64,000 nt of DNA, from the IMG/VR virus record IMGVR_UViG_3300023243_000074; one strand, 5' to 3'. The notes under the pieces were generated by a model. It was not told where the DNA came from, searched no databases, and saw nothing but the letters and a program-made list of their open reading frames with translations. Below are positions 56,646 to 64,000 of the stretch, piece by piece (the first letter of the stretch is position 1; each line of letters begins with the position of its first letter). This DNA comes from an uncultured virus (IMG/VR IMGVR_UViG_3300023243_000074). Its lineage: Duplodnaviria; Heunggongvirae; Uroviricota; Caudoviricetes. The translations under genes were made by a program, and so were the position numbers.

Positions 56646-57110
56646 TTATACGTTGATGCCTACCGAATAAACCGTCTTACCATTTACGCGAGATGCAGTC
56701 AGTGCTTTACCACGATTGCTTCCGTCTGCTTTGTATGACACATGGACCCAACCTGAGTCTGGAATACCTGGAGTATAGAACTCAAGGATGACTTGGTCAA
56801 AGTCGGTGTTCTCTACAATCCAGGTAGCAATATCACCGTTGGCCACGCCAGGAACTTCAATATCAGCGGCTTCACCATTACAATGCTGAGATGTAGCAGA
56901 ACCACCAACCGCGGCATTAAGTTCTGGACTACGATATCCACTATTAATAGTGGTGACACCAAACTGGTCGCGTACTTTTTGTACAACATTTTCAAATAGT
57001 GCCTTTGCAGCGTCTAGGTGCTCACCCTGTGGAGTATTATCAATACCCTTGCGTTCGGCGGTTTGAGATTTAGTAAATTCAGCCATGCTGAAGTTTTTAG
57101 ATAGTTTCAT
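56646..57110 (-). CDS. Peptidase M15A (Zn D,D-peptidase-type endolysin)
   Basis: LSKNFS..EF, INSGYRS..LN..VGG...SQH..GEAAD, WVHVS. Confidence 0.9.
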   Translation of the reverse strand: MKLSKNFSMAEFTKSQTAERKGIDNTPQGEHLDAAKALFENVVQKVRDQFGVTTINSGYRSPELNAAVGGSATSQHCNGEAADIEVPGVANGDIATWIVENTDFDQVILEFYTPGIPDSGWVHVSYKADGSNRGKALTASRVNGKTVYSVGINV

Positions 57111-57137
57111 ATTATCTCCTTCGGAAAATATAGTTAG

Positions 57138-57410
57138 TTAGTCGTTGACGATTTTACTTATATGCTTTTCAAACTGTTCAACTTTGTCTACCCTGTTTGG
57201 CCAATGTATATAGTCCTTCTCAGGATTTTTCTTTAGATTATCTAACAATGGTAGTATTGCTGAATACAGCGCATCTAACTTGTGTTTTAAGTCGTCTGCA
57301 CTTTGTGCTGCGCTTTTTGCACTTGTAGACGCTTGTTGTACCGAGTCCAACTCAGTTTCATCAACAGCGCTGAAACCAAAATCAAATATATCATCGTCAT
57401 TCTGTACCAT
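57138..57410 (-). CDS. Hypothetical protein
   Basis: FDFGFSAVDE...LKKNPEKDYIHWPNR. Confidence 0.7.
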   Translation of the reverse strand: MVQNDDDIFDFGFSAVDETELDSVQQASTSAKSAAQSADDLKHKLDALYSAILPLLDNLKKNPEKDYIHWPNRVDKVEQFEKHISKIVND

Positions 57411-57648
57411 TCCTGCTCATCCCCATTAACCTTAAATTCAAAACATAATTTTCGACAACCAGTTTTACAGCTGTTGCGAGCATAATCATGTCGCGACTGT
57501 CCTTGTCTTCACTTAGGTACATATCCAATACATTTGAAGACATAAGCATATACGCATCTTCTTCTCGGATTTCTAACATACCCCAATCTATAGGATCATC
57601 TATCTCTACTTGCATTGCAAGTTTAGCGAGTTGTTCTACAAGATTCAT
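57397..57648 (-). CDS. Hypothetical protein
   Basis: 83 aa, DPIDWGML..KLVVEN. Confidence 0.65.
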   Translation of the reverse strand: MNLVEQLAKLAMQVEIDDPIDWGMLEIREEDAYMLMSSNVLDMYLSEDKDSRDMIMLATAVKLVVENYVLNLRLMGMSRNGTE

Positions 57649-57664
57649 ACAGTTCCCTTATAAT

Positions 57665-57756
57665 AAGTGGCACTTCAACGATTGAATGGCGATCTATCGT
57701 CTGGGTAGTACCCACCCTACACATGCTCGTAAGCTAACGGTCCTAAGGCAGTGTGT
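57665..57756 (-). ncRNA. Candidate structured non-coding RNA or leader
   Basis: GC-richer intergenic stretch with several stems, behind a late-promoter-like ACTAAATA (57763-57770). Confidence 0.5.
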
Positions 57757-57772
57757 TTGTTTTATTTAGTAT

Positions 57773-57907
57773 TTAAGGGTTTCTCATCCAAGATGGTATT
57801 TTACTAACAACTTTTGGTTTGCTGTTTTCAATCAAGATGTGAATTTGAGAAATACGCTCAGTAAGTTCTTTTATCATTTTAAGATGTTCTTGATAGTTTG
57901 GATACAT
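57773..57907 (-). CDS. Small hypothetical protein (44 aa, not in the ORF track)
   Basis: MYPNYQEHLKMIKELTERISQIHILIENSKPKVVSKIPSWMRNP. Confidence 0.45.
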   Translation of the reverse strand: MYPNYQEHLKMIKELTERISQIHILIENSKPKVVSKIPSWMRNP

Positions 57908-57923
57908 GATAATGTATATATAT

Positions 57924-57931
57924 TATAAATA
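57924..57931 (+). promoter_or_regulatory. T4-type late promoter TATAAATA heading the second enzyme island
   Basis: Exact consensus 32 nt before ATG 57964. Confidence 0.75.
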
Positions 57932-57963
57932 TTTGATACAACACAAATTGGTAAAGGTATCAC

Positions 57964-58512
57964 ATGGAATTATTCAGAAAATATGAGGGAGCATATCTAA
58001 GCGTACCCAGCGTAGTATATAATGGTCACTACAATCAAGAAATCTTCGTGATGAAGTTTAATGAGAAGTATTGGTATGACGCAGAAATTGCTGGATTGGA
58101 GTTGATATCCAACAAACCATATTGTCCAGAGATAGTATCTAGTGATAATGAAAAAATGGAAATCGTGTTCAAGTGGGAAAGTGCAACAAACCTTAATCAC
58201 TTAATACACTTTAAGCAAGGGTTGCCCGACGACTGGCAAGATCAAGTTAAGAGTATACTCTCAGACCTAGAGAAAAGTGATTTATATAAACTAAACCTAT
58301 ACCCACATACATTCTATGTTAAGGATTCTAAAGTGTTTGTGATGGATCTGTATGCATGTATATCAGCAGACCAAAAAATATTAGAATCTGATATATCGCA
58401 TATTATTAATAACAAGGATAGATTCGAATTTAATGATGGTATATTAGACATAGCGCAGACATACAAATACACCATTGAAAATATCGTTCAAGAGTGGTTA
58501 TGGAATTCATAG
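57964..58512 (+). CDS. Protein-kinase-like fold protein (degenerate catalytic loop)
   Basis: VMKF..WYDAEIAGL..YCPEI; KLNLYPHTF...MDLY at the catalytic-loop and DFG positions. Confidence 0.5.
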   Translation: MELFRKYEGAYLSVPSVVYNGHYNQEIFVMKFNEKYWYDAEIAGLELISNKPYCPEIVSSDNEKMEIVFKWESATNLNHLIHFKQGLPDDWQDQVKSILSDLEKSDLYKLNLYPHTFYVKDSKVFVMDLYACISADQKILESDISHIINNKDRFEFNDGILDIAQTYKYTIENIVQEWLWNS

Positions 58513-58513
58513 T

Positions 58514-59065
58514 ATGGTTCAATTCATTGGTAACTGTAATCATCTAATAGATTGGGATGGTGTAATAGATGATATACGCGATAGTGAACCTGGATATATT
58601 GGTCCTAGGCACGACGCGGGACATACAGTTCAAGGCGTTGACGAAGTATGTGTTCCAATACGAAATGCTGGATACAAGATGAAGTGTGAAGGTGGGAGTG
58701 CTAGTTGGGGAATGTATTTTCCAAAACAACATTTTGATATAAGTGTTGTAAAATCTTTCATAGACTTTGTAGGAATGGATTCTTATATTAATTGTTGGGT
58801 CAGCAGAGTTATGCCTGGAGATGTAGCACCTTGGCACTGGGATATCACCGATGATGAGTTTACTCTTAATTCAACTGTAAAAGAAATTCATCGATACCAT
58901 TGCCACATCGATATTCCAAGGCCTGGACACTTCTTATCTGTCGAAGATAAGTGTTTCTATAACGAAGATCAAGGTAATGTATATAAATGGAGTAGTCGAA
59001 TGTCATGGCATTCTGGTGCTAATGCTGGTCTAACTCCAAAGTATCTATTCAATATTTGGGGATAG
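58514..59065 (+). CDS. 2OG-Fe(II) oxygenase-like protein
   Basis: PGDVAPWHWD (HxD), WHSGANAG..K; start reassigned to ATG 58514. Confidence 0.7.
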   Translation: MVQFIGNCNHLIDWDGVIDDIRDSEPGYIGPRHDAGHTVQGVDEVCVPIRNAGYKMKCEGGSASWGMYFPKQHFDISVVKSFIDFVGMDSYINCWVSRVMPGDVAPWHWDITDDEFTLNSTVKEIHRYHCHIDIPRPGHFLSVEDKCFYNEDQGNVYKWSSRMSWHSGANAGLTPKYLFNIWG

Positions 59066-59069
59066 TATT

Positions 59070-59582
59070 ATGAATATTATATTGTTTGGAGCATCAAGCC
59101 CTGTAGGGAGAATATTAAAAGATCACTATTCAACTATGCATAATATAACATGCGTGAGTAGGAAATATGGATGGGACATAACTAACTCAGAAGAATTTTT
59201 AAAACTGGTCGATATGACCGCTGATGCTGATGTATTTTTAAATGTTGCGCATGTTGGATATACTCAAGGGATATTATTAGAACAGAGCAAGGCGAAGATC
59301 AATATAAGTTTCGGTAGTTTAGTCACAAATTTTAAATGGAGTCGTATGAAATTATTATGCAAACCAGAATATTTCTCTGAAAAGTTATTCCTAAACCATG
59401 TACATAATAACATAGTAAATAGTGCGCTTATTAACATTTCTAAATACGGTAACACCGCCAATGGAATACCTAGCGTAACATCAGAACAAATTATCTATGC
59501 GATAGACAATGTTATAAGTGGTAAGTCGATACTACCAACCACTATAGAAATTAGTAATGGTCTAGGTGATCTACTCCTATAA
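59070..59582 (+). CDS. Short Rossmann-fold/SDR-like protein
   Basis: ILFGASSPVG, VSR, DVFLNVA, Y...K (YFSEK). Confidence 0.6.
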   Translation: MNIILFGASSPVGRILKDHYSTMHNITCVSRKYGWDITNSEEFLKLVDMTADADVFLNVAHVGYTQGILLEQSKAKINISFGSLVTNFKWSRMKLLCKPEYFSEKLFLNHVHNNIVNSALINISKYGNTANGIPSVTSEQIIYAIDNVISGKSILPTTIEISNGLGDLLL

Positions 59583-60366
59583 TCTTTCTAAATTCTGGCG
59601 TGAATTTACAATCTATGCGTAACCCATATTCTACTTCATTACTAATTTCTCCGCCATGCCAATCTTGATCATTCCAGAAACCTGCATTACAATTTAGATA
59701 ATATTTATTTTCACTTTCAGGATCCCAAATATAAAATCCCCGTTTAGTTCTATATCTTATATGAATGAATTCATTGTTATGCGGGCTATATTGTTTATCA
59801 TCATGTACACCATTATTTGCATCTAAATCTCGATGTTCAAACGCTCGGCCATTGTGATCACAATGGAAAAATATAACCCTGCCGATCCGATCAATGATAT
59901 TAGTGTTTTGTAGGTTGATAACCCAATCAACAACTCCTTGAAAGTATGTCGACTCCTCGGTGAGTTGTCTTTGCGCATTTCGATCATTCCAGTCACCCTC
60001 ATTCCAAATAAAATAATAAATGTATGGGTCATTTGCTCCTAGAGTAGATTTAAGATATCGTGTGAATATATTTCGTTGCTTATAATCACCGAAGTTCTTA
60101 GGTATTATTGTATCACCAGTAACTTTAATAGGATGATCTGCAGGAAGTTTTTGATATTCATCCCATGCTTGATATATAGGTTTCCAGTTCATGATATAAC
60201 TAGAATCTTTCCATTCAAATCCAGGAGACATCCAAGTACCTTCTTTGGCATAATCTCGTGCAAGTGCGAACCCCTTAGATATTTCTGGATGCAATTGCTT
60301 AAACCCATCTATGTTTAAGTACGGATCTAAATTGATGTATGGTTTATTGCCAATGCCGCGTATCAT
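59551..60366 (-). CDS. 2OG-Fe(II)/cupin oxygenase-like protein
   Basis: FEHRD (HxD), WNDQDWHGG, LRID. Confidence 0.6.
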   Translation of the reverse strand: MIRGIGNKPYINLDPYLNIDGFKQLHPEISKGFALARDYAKEGTWMSPGFEWKDSSYIMNWKPIYQAWDEYQKLPADHPIKVTGDTIIPKNFGDYKQRNIFTRYLKSTLGANDPYIYYFIWNEGDWNDRNAQRQLTEESTYFQGVVDWVINLQNTNIIDRIGRVIFFHCDHNGRAFEHRDLDANNGVHDDKQYSPHNNEFIHIRYRTKRGFYIWDPESENKYYLNCNAGFWNDQDWHGGEISNEVEYGLRIDCKFTPEFRKIIGVDHLDHY

Positions 60367-60393
60367 AATATAATAACCTTTATATATATTTTT

Positions 60394-61083
60394 ATGACAA
60401 AATATGAATACTATTACAACAACGTCCCGGAAAAAGGATTGTGTCGCAACAACCTTATTTATACTAGCCTAATTAGTACGGACAGTAAGACATTCTGTCA
60501 GTGGTACTACAATGATGAAGGGTATCATGGCGGACATAATCAAGTTGTAGATCCCACACTCATGGAAGAGAAGTTCAATAGAGAAGTTAAGTTCTTAACT
60601 CTGATGGGAAATAACTTCAAACATCTTGTACCAGAATACGACATAGATCTAAAGAATCATAAAATCTATTTAACCATTGATGGGCCCGATATGTGGGAGA
60701 TGTCTGGATGTAGAGGTAGAGAATATTCTAAATCTGTGGTAGACTGGGATACCCAGATGCTGGAAATAATACAGGCACATAAAGAACTAGGTTTAACAAA
60801 ATATAGTCTACACCCCTCAAGTTATTTTGTGGTTTCCGGTGAGTTAAAGAGTATGAATTATTTTTTTACATATGATACTGAAGATGTTAAGATGACTGTG
60901 CGAAGTGTACTAAGCCATATTAGCGAAGATAGGCGCAAAGAATTATTCCCTAAAATGGATGCTATGGGTATCGATATCGACTTACCCGTGGAGCATAAAG
61001 ATTTACAATTACTTGCGTTTGACAGTTTTAAAAACAACTTTGAAGAAGAAGTGATGGAAATGGCTAAACGAATATATGTATGA
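60394..61083 (+). CDS. Protein-kinase-like fold protein (degenerate)
   Basis: KFNREVKFL..LVPE, KYSLHPSSYFV parallels the 57964 protein. Confidence 0.5.
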   Translation: MTKYEYYYNNVPEKGLCRNNLIYTSLISTDSKTFCQWYYNDEGYHGGHNQVVDPTLMEEKFNREVKFLTLMGNNFKHLVPEYDIDLKNHKIYLTIDGPDMWEMSGCRGREYSKSVVDWDTQMLEIIQAHKELGLTKYSLHPSSYFVVSGELKSMNYFFTYDTEDVKMTVRSVLSHISEDRRKELFPKMDAMGIDIDLPVEHKDLQLLAFDSFKNNFEEEVMEMAKRIYV

Positions 61084-61636
61084 TCTAGTTGAATGGAATG
61101 AAAAATTAGACTTAACAGAATTCTATGAAGAATCAAGACTCAGAGGACACGTTAATAACTCTAGTCAAAAAGTCATGATCGATTGCTTTCACAATGAAGA
61201 GCTCTCCCAAGTATGGATACTATACAAAGACAATAATGCAATTGGAAGTGTCGCAGCGCACACGTTTCCTGAAATGGGTCCTAACGCTTATAGAATACTT
61301 ACTAGGACATGTGTGTTAGAAGGAGTGATTCTAAATAATGGAAAGGGTCTAGGAACAGGTCGTTGGTACATTATACAACATCAAAATATGACATGTCAGT
61401 TCTATATCCCTAAAATGATCGAATGGTGTGGTATGGATTCGAATATGTATGCTACAAGTAATCAATTAGATGGGGGAAGTCAACGGAAGGTGCATAACAT
61501 ATACTTTCCTTTACTAGAACAACAAGGAGAATTTACACGAGTAACAGAACTAAATTATAGAGGCGCTGAACAAACTGTATGGAAATTAAACCCAGTAGTG
61601 TTCTTAGAAAACCTATCAAAATATCCTAAGTGGTAA
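61076..61636 (+). CDS. GNAT-like acyltransferase
   Basis: VWILY..AIGSVAAH..YRILTRTCV, GKGLGT. Confidence 0.5.
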   Translation: MYDLVEWNEKLDLTEFYEESRLRGHVNNSSQKVMIDCFHNEELSQVWILYKDNNAIGSVAAHTFPEMGPNAYRILTRTCVLEGVILNNGKGLGTGRWYIIQHQNMTCQFYIPKMIEWCGMDSNMYATSNQLDGGSQRKVHNIYFPLLEQQGEFTRVTELNYRGAEQTVWKLNPVVFLENLSKYPKW

Positions 61637-62693
61637 TTCTCTTATACTTGTTATTGTCTTGAAACATCATCGTACTACATTGTCTTGCGCAAGTCATACA
61701 TTTATCCTCACCATACCAGTATTCGGACAATTGCTTAAACAAAATATCATCTTCCCATAACACTTTATCTCGACAGTTAACCACACCAATTACTTTTAAC
61801 GCTTCTTTAGTGTTATGTACACTTAGGTTCCTCAACTTGTGTATAGGCAGAGTTTCTAAAATTGGTTCTTCTAAGTAATCACCCCCGATCCAACAACATG
61901 GGAATATATCACCATGAGGATCGACATATATACCCTTCTCGCTCATACACTTGGGTGATATATCGACTTCCTCTATAACAGCATCCCTAAAATCTTTATC
62001 AAGTAATTGTTCTAGAGAGTTATTAGGAATCTGTTTAAACCTATCTGACTGAGCAGGTTTTATAGTGTACTCGACATTTCCACTATTATCGAGTACTTCA
62101 TACTCTTTCATTTCATAGAACCTTGTGGTACTAACAAAGTTCACAGATTTTACTCCTAGAGAAAGTATGTACCTTTCCAACTCGTCGACATCATTTTCAT
62201 TATGAGCAAATACCAAACTATCAACTCTTGCCTTGCCTCCAGCTTTAACAAACGCAGTTAAGTTTTCTATAACCTTTTCATATTTCACGTTCTTGCGATA
62301 TAGTTCGTGAGTACCCTTAACTCCGTCTACCGCAAATATAACCTCAACATTATACTTTGCCAACTTACGCCACCAATCTGGATTGCGCATACCTCCATTG
62401 GTATGGATAGCGAGTTTAGTTCTAGGATTACATTCGCGGACATATGCATATATCTCTAGACAATCCCTTGCGAAAGCAGGGTCTCCATAATTTCCACAAC
62501 TGTAAAAGTTATTCAACTGTGCTAAGAACTCCCTAGGGAACCACTCTTTGAACTGTTCTATACTAATATCTGAGTTACGGATGAAAGAGCGTGTTGGACC
62601 CCCGTGATAATTCCTAGCACACATCGGGCACTGTGCTTGGCATTTATCGGTTAGTTCTATATGAACTGTTCGGATATCAGATATTCTTTGCAT
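61626..62693 (-). CDS. Radical SAM/SPASM domain protein
   Basis: ELTDKCQAQCPMC, GNYGDP, HTNG, FAVDG; C-terminal C...IYVDPHGDIFPCCW...CMTCARQC. Confidence 0.9.
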   Translation of the reverse strand: MQRISDIRTVHIELTDKCQAQCPMCARNYHGGPTRSFIRNSDISIEQFKEWFPREFLAQLNNFYSCGNYGDPAFARDCLEIYAYVRECNPRTKLAIHTNGGMRNPDWWRKLAKYNVEVIFAVDGVKGTHELYRKNVKYEKVIENLTAFVKAGGKARVDSLVFAHNENDVDELERYILSLGVKSVNFVSTTRFYEMKEYEVLDNSGNVEYTIKPAQSDRFKQIPNNSLEQLLDKDFRDAVIEEVDISPKCMSEKGIYVDPHGDIFPCCWIGGDYLEEPILETLPIHKLRNLSVHNTKEALKVIGVVNCRDKVLWEDDILFKQLSEYWYGEDKCMTCARQCSTMMFQDNNKYKRITT

Positions 62694-62731
62694 GATGGTT
62701 TTTATTTGTGCCTAAACGGGTCTTGAGTCTA

Positions 62732-63034
62732 TCATGCAATAAGCATCCTTGTCAACCCAACTGCATCGATTGTCACTAAGAGAATGTAGTTGGCAAGCAT
62801 ACCAAAAGATCTCCGAGTGAAAGCAGCCCAAGCGTAAAGAGCGCAGCCAGTAATCCAAATAGGATACAAGACAATAAGAGGCGGGTCGGGGACTGTTGCT
62901 GCCATTGTGATCGCACATCCAATACTAATACCCCAAGCTAACAACTCAACGCAAAAGCGAAAAGAGTTAGATTTAAAATCTTCTTTAATCCAACTTAGAG
63001 TTTGAATTAGAAAGTTCGCTTCGTTCATCTTCAT
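62732..63034 (-). CDS. Small membrane protein
   Basis: Three hydrophobic segments. Confidence 0.65.
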   Translation of the reverse strand: MKMNEANFLIQTLSWIKEDFKSNSFRFCVELLAWGISIGCAITMAATVPDPPLIVLYPIWITGCALYAWAAFTRRSFGMLANYILLVTIDAVGLTRMLIA

Positions 63035-63176
63035 CCTTAAATATTAATTTAGCACCACCAATTGTTCCGGGCATAGGTACAGACTTCTTACCAAATATAG
63101 CATCCCAATTACTGGAGAAAGTATCTGCGTCAACACTTTTGGGTCTTGGAGCAGACCCCTTTCCACCATCACTCAT
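62985..63176 (-). CDS. Small hypothetical protein
   Basis: MSDGGKGSAPRP...NWDAIFGK. Confidence 0.6.
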   Translation of the reverse strand: MSDGGKGSAPRPKSVDADTFSSNWDAIFGKKSVPMPGTIGGAKLIFKDEDERSELSNSNSKLD

Positions 63177-63177
63177 A

Positions 63178-63999
63178 TTATACCTCTACAAACTTTAATT
63201 TAAATTCTTCTGCTCGCATCTCATATCCAATGTAACCACGCGGATTACACACAATACGAGTATCACCTAACATATAGTCAAACGGTTCATGCGTATGCCC
63301 ATGTGTCCACAGTTTGATCTGAGGACGATCCATAATAAACTCACTCAAGTCAGAACTGTATGCACCATTCATAATCCGTTCATCTTTGTATCGTGGATGC
63401 GTTGATAACTTACTTGGGGCATGGTGACCACAGACAACAAACTTCTGATCAAACTTGCCCTCAACCATAATGCGGATATACTCCAACATTTTCTTATGGT
63501 CTTCAACGGAATCTTCTGGACTGAATCTTGCAGCACGAACCTGTTGATTACCTTCTTCATCACGAAACAGCACGTCTCTATTGCTATTAACAACTCCACT
63601 ATAGTCGTTCATCATTCCGGACATTGCGTGCAACGTTATTGGATCTTCCTTATTCATATCAGTCCACAATGTGCCGCCGATGAATGTGACATCATCGATT
63701 TTAACGATTTCTTTATCAAGGAAATGCACATTATCAAACTGCTCAATGAAGTCACGGATGACGGACGCAGACTTTGCAAAGTCGCCATGATAGTGCTCAT
63801 GATTGCCCATAAGCATAATAGTATGCTTAAAGTTTTTGGAACACGAGTGGATTAGTTTTTCAAGCCGAGCAGAGTGCTCCATAACCTTTGCTGGCGCTGT
63901 ACCGTAACTATAGTCGATCTTGTTTAGATCTGCCGCCACACAGATATCGCCTGATAGAACGATTACATCAGCACCTTCTGTATTTTCAAATTCAATCGG
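63178..63999 (-). CDS. Calcineurin-like metallophosphoesterase, truncated at the right edge
   Basis: LSGDI (upstream of the ORF-track start), GNHEHY, GTLWTD, HHAP, HGHTH, NPRGY. Confidence 0.9.
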   Translation of the reverse strand, partial: PIEFENTEGADVIVLSGDICVAADLNKIDYSYGTAPAKVMEHSARLEKLIHSCSKNFKHTIMLMGNHEHYHGDFAKSASVIRDFIEQFDNVHFLDKEIVKIDDVTFIGGTLWTDMNKEDPITLHAMSGMMNDYSGVVNSNRDVLFRDEEGNQQVRAARFSPEDSVEDHKKMLEYIRIMVEGKFDQKFVVCGHHAPSKLSTHPRYKDERIMNGAYSSDLSEFIMDRPQIKLWTHGHTHEPFDYMLGDTRIVCNPRGYIGYEMRAEEFKLKFVEV

Positions 64000-64000
64000 G

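Noticed and set aside
1..64000. tRNA/rRNA genes, introns, inteins or stop-codon reassignment
   Set aside because: No cloverleaf with canonical T-loop recognised by eye; core genes are uninterrupted, of normal length, and end at TAA, TAG or TGA under the standard code

Overview
This 64-kb window is part of a large T4-like (myovirus-type) phage genome, probably aquatic; the host cannot be identified from the sequence. From left to right it contains: (i) repeat-rich tail-fibre and adaptor genes (1-5870); (ii) a ~13.5-kb strand-switching enzyme island (5975-19518) with five radical SAM proteins, four glycosyltransferases, three methyltransferase-like proteins, two 2OG-Fe(II)-type oxygenases, two SGNH-like proteins and a QueC-like PP-loop ATPase, inserted between virion genes and next to a protein with an aromatic tetrapeptide repeat; (iii) the T4-type baseplate/tail module (DUF4815/VrlC-like, gp8, gp7-like, gp6, gp25, PAAR, gp5 with an M15 peptidase domain, gp27-like, gp53, gp48, gp4, gp2, gp54/19-like, gp26, gp51-like, tape-measure-like); (iv) gp32, gp59, gp33, a SleB hydrolase, a DexA-like nuclease, DNA ligase and a hyperplastic early region built from repeated promoter cassettes; (v) a carbamoyltransferase, an M15A endolysin, a candidate structured RNA and a second enzyme island (kinase-like x2, oxygenase x2, SDR, GNAT, radical SAM). 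The most notable observations are the apparently late-expressed multi-radical-SAM/glycosylation system, a predicted -1 ribosomal frameshift fusing gp26 to the gp51-like ORF just before the tape-measure-like gene (lambda G/GT-like), a TGTTG-N8-CAACA palindrome near -61 of the early promoters, a 26-nt promoter-linked motif present twice, and a candidate ncRNA. All functional calls come from motif recognition by eye; no database search was run.
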